Source: Hyphochytrium catenoides
Taxonomy: Eukaryota > Protista > Hyphochytriomycota
NCBI GenBank assembly: GCA_900088475.1
Contig: FLMG01001674.1
Coordinates: forward strand, 1-64,000
Reading direction: 5' to 3'
DNA: 64,000 bases
Part shown: piece after piece, positions 51,631 to 62,265 of the stretch
Numbering within the stretch: position 1 is the stretch's first letter
Layout: every line of letters starts with the position of its first letter
Translations under genes and position numbers: made by a program
Notes under the pieces: model-generated
The model's database searches: none
What the model was told of the DNA's origin: nothing
Seen by the model: the letters and a program-made list of their open reading frames with translations, nothing else

Positions 51631-52635
51631 ATAGCGTTTAGAGCCTCTCGGAATCCTTTCCGAGACAGGTCTCTCTCGTACGCTCCTAGTAGGCACAGAG
51701 GAAGCCTTGGAAAGAACACTCTGGCGCAATAAACCGAAGTGCAGATCGTCTGGAAAATGTGAAGTGAGATAACAGCTTAGCGCGCGGTGAGCGCGGCAGT
51801 CGCACATCCCGTCGCTATGTAGAACATGCAAGGTCTAGACTACTGCTATCAAGTAAACATGCAAAGGCAAGCCATCAAGAGTGGGGAGTGTGGACTACTA
51901 CGCTATAGCTGACGTGGACCTTTGGAGTGATGGAAACATTCCCAACAACGTATTGATGAAAAGAAGAAAATGTTACATGATGCTCCCCTCCTTAAGCGCT
52001 TGCCGTCCGCGGCAAAGAAAGTACAGCGAAAAGTACTAGTCAAGCCATCAGATATTAGGTCGCGTGGGTTCAGAGTTAGAGCGTCTTCACCATAGGGAGA
52101 AGGTTGGAGGATTCGGGTTCCCAAGTAGCATCAGAGAGTGGGTAACCGAGCCATTTGACGAGGTATTGGCGCTGGCGACGGTATTCTCGAGTCTTCAAAA
52201 TCTTCTCGACATGATAATGAAGATCGTCACCAAGAGGACCGACAAAAGGCGTTGGTGGAGGTTGTTTGTAGGCCGCCGCCCGCCAATATCTCATCAAAGG
52301 GCTCGTCGGTTACCACTGTAACGTTTAGTAGAGCATCTCGCAAACCTTTCCGAAACACGTGTCTCTCTCGTACGCTACTGGTAGGCACAGAGGAAGCCTT
52401 GGAAAGAACACGCTAGCGCAATACACCGAACTGCAGATCGTCTGGAAAATGTGAAGAAGTAAGATTATTATAACAGCTTAGTGCGCGCGGCGCGGCAGTC
52501 GCGCATCCCATCAGAACATGCAAGGTCAACGGCATAATGAAGTACGTGCGGTATATACTGTACAATAAGGGAAGGGGTAATTCCAAATAACAAGAAAGTG
52601 TGAAAGGATATCCCTGATGTAAGGCTTAGTTGACA
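51631..52635 (-). mobile_element. Miniature non-autonomous Ty3/Gypsy (chromovirus)-derived LTR element, TRIM-like
   Basis: Direct repeats ~51635-51836 and ~52322-52526. On the minus strand the upstream LTR ends GTTACA (52317) and is followed by the PBS-like TGGTAACCGACGAGC. A polypurine tract AAGGAGGGGAG precedes TGTAAC, which opens the downstream LTR at 51977. The internal ~340 bp encodes a chromodomain. The outer boundary at 52635 is less certain. Confidence 0.8.
52076..52294 (-). CDS. Stand-alone chromodomain ORF (retrotransposon integrase C-terminal type); possibly a pseudogene fragment
   Basis: YHVEKILKTREYRRQRQYLVKWLGYPLSDATWEPESSNL, preceded by a Pro-rich linker. Confidence 0.7.
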   Translation of the reverse strand: MRYWRAAAYKQPPPTPFVGPLGDDLHYHVEKILKTREYRRQRQYLVKWLGYPLSDATWEPESSNLLPMVKTL

Positions 52636-53680
52636 CCCTGTGAAGATTCGAAGGATATGGGATTGGAGCACCTGCACAGCTTTTCTGATGGATCTGTTCT
52701 AGCAAGCGCTACAAGGGAGAGAGAGGGAGAGAGGGAGACGCGGGAGATAGAACGGAGAGGGAAGGAGAGCGAGGGAAAGACAAATGAGAAAGAGAAAGAA
52801 AGAGAGAGAGAGTGAGAGAGAGAGAATGAGAGAGAGAGTGAGAAAGAGAGAGAGAGAGAGAGTGAGAGTGAGAGGGAGCGAAGGAGAAAGCCGAAAACTG
52901 CAGCCGCGTTCTGAAAGCTAGAAGCCAGCAGTTGTGTTTGGAGGTGAGAAAGTTCTTCTTACTGGCTCCTCCCCTCAGAACAGCTGCCCCCGCTTCTCTT
53001 CTCTCCCACCGCACGGCCAGTGCTTCCATTCCTCAATCTTCCGCTCCCAAGCAACAAGCTGCCGGCGCCACCGAAGCACTCGTTGGGATCCCTGGGCCTG
53101 CATCGGAGGAAGAAAGAGTCGGTAAGAAGCCCCAGAAATCGCGAATGTGGAAATGATGATGATAGTAGGGTCACAACTGCTGTCCTTTGCCTGTCTGAAT
53201 GCTGCGTGGTTGCTTTGTCATTTGTCCCACGCCTCAAAGGACAACTCTCTGCACTCGACTCGTGACTGTGTATGTCTATCAAGACCTTCCCTTTTTGTCT
53301 CATGATGATCTACCCAGCCTTCTCCGCTGCCTAGGGTCTGTTGGACGTGGAAGTGTGCTCTGTCTTCTTTTGACAAAGGCAGTTGAGGCTTCTTAGGTCC
53401 CCGTCTCGCCCTCTTCCAGTCATCTCCTCCTCACATAACCCTGCTTTTCTCTCTTCGTTATCAAGTCTTTACCACTATGGACCTGATGAGGTCCGGTTGT
53501 TTGACATTCCCTATGCGCTCTGCTGCCCACAGATCTGTAGAGAACTGTCTACCAAGCGAGGAGGATCTAACTCTGACGCTTGCAGTGTCACGAGGAAAAA
53601 GGGTCCTTGCTGTCACACTCACTCGCAGTCGCTGGTATCCCTAAATCTCTGTCTTTCGCGTATCTCCCCTTTAGCTTGCC

Positions 53681-54640
53681 ATGGACGCCTGGGTGACAAA
53701 GGCTGGAGAGCACTCGCTCCAGCGGCAGCCCATTCCCACGTTGAGTGAACGCGATGTTCTTGTCCGCCTCAAGACCGCGGCGATGAACCCTGTCGACCAT
53801 AAGGTAACCGCAGGCGGAGCTGACAATGCCATCCTGGGCTTTGACGGCGTTGGAACGATAGAGAAGCTTGGCCCCAAGGCCGTGCTGGGCTTTAAAGAGG
53901 GCGATGAAGTCTGGTTTGCTGGCAACCTCAAGCGGAATGGCTGCTATGCCCAATATGTTGCCATAGATGAGCGCATTATCTCTAAGAAACCCAAGAAGTT
54001 TGATGCTAAGCAATCCGCTGGCTTTCCATTGGTAACGCTTACAGCCTGGGAAGCCTTCGAGGAGGGAATGGGCATCACAACGCTGGACTCAGGGAAGACC
54101 ATGCTCGTTATCGGTGGAGCGGGAGGCCTTGGAAGTGTTGCCATCCAAGTCGCTAAGCAGCAATTTAACCTCTTCGTCATCGCCACCGCTTCCAGGCCAG
54201 AAAGTAGCGCTTGGTGCACCAAGATGGGTGCAGACCTTGTCATTGACCATACAAAGGACCTTCTTCCACAGTTGGGGGACCACCGAGTGGACTATCTCTT
54301 CTGCACGGAGGACAAGTCTAGGACATGGGACCAGTGGGGCGATATCATGAATGTCAACGGGAAGATTCAGCTGATCACGGCTCCAGACAGGCCAGTCTCG
54401 CTCGAGCCCTTCTTCTACAAGCGTATTAGCGTGGGCTTAGAGCTGATGTTCACAAGGCCTATGTTTGACGTGGAGCAGGAGAAGCAGGGTCACATTCTTA
54501 AGAGGATGGCCCACTTGGTGGATGCAGGACGCATCGTCCCCGTTGATAACTATCATTTTGACTTCAAAGAGCTGAAGAAAGGGTATGAGCAGATCAAGAC
54601 TGGAAAAAGCATTGGAAAGATCATCTTCACTGGATTTTAG
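53681..54640 (+). CDS. MDR-family NADPH:quinone oxidoreductase / zinc-type alcohol dehydrogenase-like protein, intronless, bacterial-type
   Basis: MNPVDHKV, ILGFDGVG, FKEGDEVWFAG, PLVTLTAWEA, VIGGAGGLGS, IATASRPES, MGADLVIDH, ELMFTRPMF and GKSIGKII. No zinc-ligand Cys cluster. Confidence 0.93.
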   Translation: MDAWVTKAGEHSLQRQPIPTLSERDVLVRLKTAAMNPVDHKVTAGGADNAILGFDGVGTIEKLGPKAVLGFKEGDEVWFAGNLKRNGCYAQYVAIDERIISKKPKKFDAKQSAGFPLVTLTAWEAFEEGMGITTLDSGKTMLVIGGAGGLGSVAIQVAKQQFNLFVIATASRPESSAWCTKMGADLVIDHTKDLLPQLGDHRVDYLFCTEDKSRTWDQWGDIMNVNGKIQLITAPDRPVSLEPFFYKRISVGLELMFTRPMFDVEQEKQGHILKRMAHLVDAGRIVPVDNYHFDFKELKKGYEQIKTGKSIGKIIFTGF

Positions 54641-55238
54641 GTGACGATCACGATAGGCGAGAGTGCAAAGGGCCACAAAGAGAAGCGATCGATCTCTAAC
54701 CTTAAACGATAAAAGAGAGCGACAAGGTTTCTACCGCCTAAAGCCCAACTCTTCTCATTCCTTTCGTTATCGTTCCTCAGATGCCGGCTACGATGCTGAA
54801 GAAACTAGTCACACTTTCAGTCGATAAGCGGCCTACTGCATGCACTTCATCATAGCTCTGAGGGCCAAAGCGTGACACGTACAGGGCCTCTCTCACTGCC
54901 GTCCCTCATCCTAAGCCCGAGTATAACGAGGGCAGAGCCTTATTCTATCTGAGCGAGTCCTCCAACACAACTTCTCAAAAGTGAATGACCTCCACAAATG
55001 TAGATTATTATCATGAAAATTAGAAGTAGGACTAAACTCACAGGCACAACTGAGCCATTATCAAGGTGGTAGGTAGGACGCGTCTATATAGAGATAAAGC
55101 AGGAAAGGACCAACAACTGTTGACGGACAGAAGAAAGCCAAAGAGAATTATGGAAGACAGACTAAGCACTCGCCTACTTCAGCTCTGCCCGAGTATCATA
55201 TTCTGCTATTCATTGTCTTCTCTGATGACCACATCGCT

Positions 55239-58200
55239 TTACTCGCTCCAGCGCGAGTTGGAAGCAACTTTCTCCTCCTCAGCTGACAAAGCCGGAGAAG
55301 CTGAGTTTATTCTCTGGACACATCGCTGATGGTGAGCTCCCTGCTCTCTGTGCCGCTGCTTAGGAGGGAACTTGTTAATCGTTGCGATCAGCTCATTCAC
55401 ACGAAGCGGCTTGGTCACATATTCGTCCTATGATGAGAGAGGAAGAGAGAAAAGATTGGTATTAGAAGGTCAGGGGTCATGATGATAGAAGGAAAGTATG
55501 GAGGTCACTAGGTTGACAAAAGGTAAAAATCTATGGGGTAGTACAGAAGCAGTCACGATAAGTGAAGAAGACATCCAGGGCTAAACAGCGGTAGACACTT
55601 CAATCTTCTTACCATGCCCGCAGCGACGCATTTCTCCCTGTCACCAATCATGGCATGCGCTGTGAGCGCAATGATAGGCACTCTCTCCCAGACTTCCTGC
55701 CCTCTCCTAGTGGCATTCTCCTGCTCCCACTTCCTGATTCTCTGGGTGGCCTCAAAGCCGCCCATGATAGGCATCTGCACGTCCATCAGCACCAGGTCGT
55801 AATCGCCCATCTGGAACATTTCAACCGCGATTTGTCCGTTTGAGGCAATCTGAACCTTGTGACCGAACTTCTCGAGCACTCTAACCGCAAGCTTCTGGTT
55901 GACTACATTATCCTCGGCCAGCAGGATGTGCAGCGGAGTAGGAGGCGTAGAAGCGTTTGCAGGCAGCGAGAGTTGCAGCTCGAGGGCCGGCAGAAGAGCA
56001 TTGAGTACGTCTGGCAGGGTTGGAGTCACAGTCAGCGACTGGATGCCCAGCTCAAAGCACTTCTTCATGAGCAGAGGCGGATGCACCGGTGAGAAGAGAA
56101 CCATTGGGATGTAGCGCAGATATGGGGACTGGCGCAGAGGAGGGATGGACGAGAGCTTGGACACTGTTGGCAGCGCAGCAGGAAAGAGGAAACTTAGAAC
56201 TGCAGGATACCATCATAGAAGAGACTCTTGAACTAACTGCAGGCCCTGGGACTCTCTACCCGTCATTTCTCTCTCTATCTCTCCAGCCATTCTGAATTTT
56301 CAAGGCTATCAAGGCTATTTCCCTGCTGGTGCTTACCTATGGCCACGTCGAACTTGACACCCTTGAACTTCCCTTCTTCTTCCCACTGAATAGCCTCCCT
56401 TGCCGTGCGGACCCTGATCGGCCGCAACTTGAGCGCTTCAAGATGCTGGAGCATGAGAGAAGCCATGGTCTCTCGGTCTCTGTGAACCCATTCGTTCTTG
56501 GTAATAACCTCTCTATGGGGAGGTTTCTTTGCATCAGCTCTGTCCCTCTTTCTTCTCTTCCTCTTTCTCTTTTCCTTGTCAGTTCCATATGGCTCCTCGC
56601 CAGCTTCTCCTCCTGGTTGAGCGCCTTCTTCTGCCTCATCAACCTTCTCATCCTCGCTTCTCTCTTGCTCAGAAGCCATGTCCTCGTCATCATCACCTGG
56701 TTGCTCCTCCTCCTGCGTTACCGTTCCAATCTCCATCTCGTCCTCCGGTATGTCACAATGGCCAGAGAGAGACAGGAAGGGAGAAACAGGCTCATCCTCT
56801 TCTTCATCCTCTCCATCCACAAGTAGGATCCATCTTCCAGTGTAAGGGATCATCTTCTGCTCCATGAGGAGATTGATGTCAGCGTTGATGTTGACATTGT
56901 TGCCCACGTAGATGGCAGAGAGCTCCTTTCCTTTCTCGCCTACCCTCTTTCGCCCATCTGCTCCCCCTATCACTGCACAGCCGCCACTAGTCTTAGCTAG
57001 CGCGGACGAGACACAAGGTGGCTCGAACGGAACGGATGAAGGTAGCGCGAGCGCCGTGGAGGCGGGTGATGCGCAGCTCTTATTCTCCGTAACTTTGACT
57101 GTGAAGTAGAAGCGTGATCCCTCTCCATACTTAGATCTGACCCACAGCCGGCCGCCCATCAGAGCAACAAGCCGCTTTGAGATGCTTAGACCAAGCCCCG
57201 TACCGCCATACTTGCGCGTGGTAGAGCCTGTGCCACGGATGTAAAGGTTAAGAAGGTGTTTGGCCAGTATAGTCGCTAGGTGTCTTACCGTCTGCCTGAC
57301 AGAAAGTGTCGAAGATGACGTGCGCCTTGTCTTCAGGAATGCCAATGCCGGTATCACTGACGCAGAGAGTGAGCTCCAGAGAGCTTTCCTCTTCCGTACC
57401 GTTTTCATCAATCAGCCTCACGCACTTGGCGCTGACCACAATCTCGCCTTCAGATGTGAATTTGACGGCATTGCCCACCAAGTTCGTGATGACCTAGAGA
57501 GTAAACTTGTTAGAGAAAAGCTTCCCTCGCCAGCTCATTTATCAATCCACGCACCTGTCTCAGTCGAAGAGGGTCGCCGATCAGTTGGTCAGGAATGGCA
57601 GGATTGATGTTATAGATCAAGTTCAGGTTCTTCTGATGAGCCTTAGGAGCCATCGTCTTCAGCATTGAGAAGACAGAAGAGCGAAGAGAGAACGGGATGC
57701 GCTCGATATTCAGCTTGCCAGCCTCGACTGCAGGATTAAGAGGAAAACAATGGAGAAAGGAAGCAGACATCGGTCAGAACTGCCCAGGTAACGATTCAAC
57801 ATGGGGAGACAAGGACTTACTCTTGGAGATATCGAGAATGTCATCGATGATTGTCAGTAGAGAGTTGGCAAGAGAACTGACTGTCATGAGATTCTCCCTC
57901 TGCTGACGGGTGAGCTCTGTTTCCAGAGTCAAGTTCGTCATACCGATAATGCCATTCATCGGGGTTCGGATCTAAGTGATAATGATGGTCATGCAGAGAG
58001 CACGGCCTTAGCAAACCAATTAAGAAGCCCCAGGCGAGATCATTTTGCTTCTTACCTCGTGAGACATGTTAGCCAAGAACTCTGACTTGCTTCTGTTCGC
58101 AGTCTCTGCCGCCTCCCTTGCCAGCCTATTCTTATGAATACTCTCACGCAGATTGTAGACCATTTGGTTGATCTTCGTCTTTAGCGAGTCCATTTCACCC

Positions 58201-61200
58201 GACGCCTTGACGGTGATATAGCTGTTGACAAATGAAGAGAGGTGCTCAGCCATAACAGTCCACAATCTCATCGTGCTAGTGAAAGAACGTGAAAAGCGGG
58301 AAATTGGACAAGGCGCCGGCGAATGCAGAGTAGGACATAAAAAGTGTCAGAGAGCGGCGGTGTACCTGGTGCAGTCGGTATCAGTAGCAGAAGCTGAAAT
58401 CTGTGCAAAGGCTCTCACTTGACTGGTGAGGTTGGACGCCATAGTGTTCACATTGTTCGTGATTTCCTTCCAAGCACCTTCTACATCTTCAACCTGCGCC
58501 TGTACGCCAAGCTTTCCTTCTATGCCCACCTATAGGAGACCAGGAGTCAATATCACGTCACTCTCTTCCATTCGAGAGAGAGAGAGATATTGTCTTGAGA
58601 GTGTCCTTACCTCTCTGGCGACTCTTGTCACCTCGCTCGCGAAGCCCGCGAGCTGGTCCACCATCGTATTGATCGTGTTCTTCAGCTCAAGTATCTCTCC
58701 TCGAGAGTCAACGCGGATCTTTTTGCTAAGATCTCCGCATGCCACTGACTTACACACTTGAGCGATGTCTCGCACCTACGGCCAAACCAGGCAGGGACAA
58801 AGGGAGGAAGGTCAGATCCCTTATTGCTTTCCCAAATCTCTCTTCTGTGACCGCAAGAAAAGTAAGGATTAGTTTACCTGATTGGTTAGATTGAGCGCCA
58901 TCGTGTTCACATTATCCGTCAGCTCCTTCCACGTGCCACCCAATGGATCCACATGTGCTTGCACGCCTAGGATACCCTCTGTGCCCACCTCTCGAGCTAC
59001 ACGTGTAACCTCTGACGCAAACATTCGAAGTTGGTCAACCTGGAGAAAGAGACGAGAGAGCAGATCGTTTTACATTAGACATACTAGAAGATGCGGTGAG
59101 GATGACTCATCCGTCCTTACCATTCGATTGACTGTATCCTTCAGCTCCAGAATTTCTCCCTTAACGTCCACTGTGATCTTCTTGCTCAAATCTCCCTGAG
59201 CCACCGCAGTAGTGACCGCGGCAATAGAGCGCACCTGTGCCGGTAAAGAGGGTGGAAGGCGAAGACCAGGAAGGAATGTGTTAGATCCTGCTAGAACAAA
59301 CAAGGGTGTTGGCAATCATTCTTCGTACCTGGCTGGTGAGGTTGTTGGCCATTAAGTTCACAGTGTCTGTTAGAGCTTTCCAAGTACCATCGACGCCCCG
59401 CACCACAGCCTGACCACCAAGCTTACCCTGAAAAGGATAGGGAGGTCACCAATGAGCATCCTGACAACAAGAGACAGAAGCTAGATTGGGAGTGTTCCTT
59501 ACCTCCGTGCCGACCTCTAGACTGACTCTGGTTACTTCTGTCGCAAACTCTTGCAGTTGGTCAACCATAGTATTGATCGTGTTCTTCAAGTCTAGAATCT
59601 CGCCCTTTACGTCCACCGTGATCTTCTTGCTTAGGTCGCCCTGGGCCACAGCCTTTGTGACCGCTGCGATAGAGCGCACCTACAGCGCAGGAATATCGAA
59701 TATCCTTATGAGTCAAAACTGCACTGGCCGATTTCCGCATAGACTATTGCTTCCGAAGTCTTACCTGGCTTGTAAGGTTGTTTGCCATGAGATTCACAGT
59801 GTCCGTCAGCGCCTTCCAAGTACCATCCACCCCACGCACCACAGCTTGACCGCCAAGCTTACCCTGTTACGATCAGCGGTAAGTAGAAGGTAACAGGTGA
59901 CCAGACAAAGCGGCAGGTCAGGCCATGACAAGGTAAACAGGATGGTGTGTAGAAGTTTGCAGACTTAAATTACCCAGAGGCGTGCCGGTAAGGACACTGC
60001 AGGTAGATTCTAGCCTCCTGCGCTGTTCATCACTCTCTCAGTGATTTCTTACCTCTGTGCCGACCTCCAGACTGACTCTGGTTACTTCTGTCGCAAACTC
60101 TTGCAGTTGGTCAACCATAGTATTGATCGTGTTCTTCAAATCCAGAATCTCTCCCTTTACGTCCACGGTGATCTTCTTGCTTAGGTCTCCCTGAGCCACG
60201 GCCTTTGTGACACCCGCAATGGAGCGCACCTTAATAATAGAGGAGTACGGGCCCAAGTAAGTCCCTGGTCAAGCGAAACGCACAGAGAGACACCTATCGT
60301 TACCTGGCTCGTCAAGTTGTTTGCCATAGTGTTCACATTATCAGTTAGGAGCTTCCACGTGCCAGCCACATTGGGGACCCGCGCCTGAACGCCGAGCTTG
60401 CCCTAAAGAAAGCAGAGGGATAACAGGTTAAGATTGATATCGGAGACACTACTAGTGAGCTACGAGGAGACTCAAACTTCATCTAACAAATTTAAACATG
60501 GGACACACTTGGATGCACACAAGGCAACAGGAGCTATCAATGCTATAATACCCTCCAGCCTGCAGTCCTTACCTCTGTGCCGACCTCATGGGCCACACGG
60601 GTTACTTCCGATGCAAATGAGTTCAATTGGTCAACTAGACGAGGGAAGAAGGGAAAGGACAAGTCGGTCAGTCCCTATACACGCCGCCGATGGAAAAGTA
60701 TAGAGTAGGCAGGGTAGGCAGCGCCTGGGCCCTATGCAGCAGCCATGGAAGAGAAGCGGACTGCAGTGACAAGTTGAAAGTCTAACGAGACTGACCCATA
60801 GTGTTAATCGTGTTCTTCAGAACCAGGGTTTCTCCCTTTGCTTCCACAGTGATCTTCTTGCTTAGATCGCCATGAGCGACGGCGGTAGAGACTTCAGCAA
60901 TGTCTCTCACTTGCTCTGAGTGATTGGCAGCCAACATATTAAGATCGCACACAAATTCTCTCCATGTTCCGGAGAACCGAGAAGGATCTGTCTGAAGTCC
61001 AAGCTTTCCGTCTACCACTTCTCTCACGTAGTAGATAGTGGTCGTCGTAAACAGCGTCAAGAGGTCCAGGAGAGAGTGCAGAGAAAGAACAAAGGGAAGA
61101 GAATCGCAATCCCCCACGGGGCATTGCACCCGCTGTGAGAGGTCGCCTTTGCAGGCCTTGTCAAAGATGTCAGCGCATTGTCGGAAGCAGGAAGGGCAGA

Positions 61201-62265
61201 GTTCGCGGGGATGGCGCTCGGCAGTGTAGGAAGTTGGGAACGGGAACCTGCGGCAATGAACGACACAGTCAGTCAGAAAGGAGTGAGATGGCATAGCCCA
61301 CCGCTGAGGAGAAGATGCGTCACTCTTTATGCCAGAGACAGGCTAGAACAGATCAGATAGCTCAGGGAAAAGGACCTTGTGGATACCTTTTGGAGATCTC
61401 CATGGATCTCTGAGCCTTCAATCTCCTCTTCCCAACCAAGTCCAACGAGTCGCTAAGCTGGCAGCTTCTCTTTCCTCCACTGCTTCTGCCAACTTCAGGA
61501 ACCACGTCCAGTTCCTCGCAATCGTCTTCACACTCATCTGAGAGGGGAGGTGTGGTCATGACAGAGGACCAGCTGTTGCCTGCGTTCAACAATCCACCTT
61601 TGCTATTCTTTTGTGCGCCATTCTCATCCCCTTCACAAACCACTTCCACGAATGCTTCTTCCGCATAGCACGTCGTTAACTCCTTTAGTGCTGTCTTGGT
61701 CTGACCCAGCTCAAACTCCAAGTGAATGACCCGGCGGGTAACCTAGGAACAGTTATACGAAGAAGAAGAAGGGAGAAGTCGAGTACGTGAGACAGTGCTC
61801 AAGAGAACAGAAGCAGCCTTCCGAAGCGCGAGAACGAGCGCGCAAGTGACCTAGAAGATCGATATAGTTTCATCTACGCAATGGAGGTCGACGGCCACGC
61901 CTCTTAAAGAGACATTAAAAGCCGCTTTCTTATCCTCCTCCCAGGAGTTCCAAGCCCTAGCCGCTCGGATAGCTTACCTTCTGTAAGGCAGCCTCTAGCT
62001 CCGTCATCGCCGGATCCGACGCACCTCCAAGATCCAACTTCTGATGGCAGTTGACGCCATCGCCCTCTGCCAAAGCTGAGAGAAACTCTGCGAGCCTCTT
62101 CATCGTGGCGCCATCACAGCAGACCATCGTAGGAGACGAAGAGGATTCCTCTTCCGCCTCTCTACTCCGTTGCTCCGCGTCTGAATGTCGCTGCCGCCAC
62201 TGTTCTTCTTCTACGGTCGTGGTTTCTTGACGGCCGTTTTCAGTGTGCAGAGAAGCCGGCGGCAT
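55239..62265 (-). CDS. Group III (NIK1/Os-1-like) hybrid histidine kinase: poly-HAMP, HisKA, HATPase, pseudo-receiver, receiver; many short introns
   Basis: Five full ~92-aa repeats ([38 protein letters not shown]...GEIL.LK.TIN.MVDQL..FA.EVTRV) plus a partial sixth. H-box [16 protein letters not shown]-box [30 protein letters not shown], receiver [30 protein letters not shown], stop at 55241-55239. Start codon tentative. Confidence 0.94.

Noticed and set aside
56329-59893. Plus-strand ORFs overlapping the kinase
   Set aside because: Antisense shadows of kinase exons.
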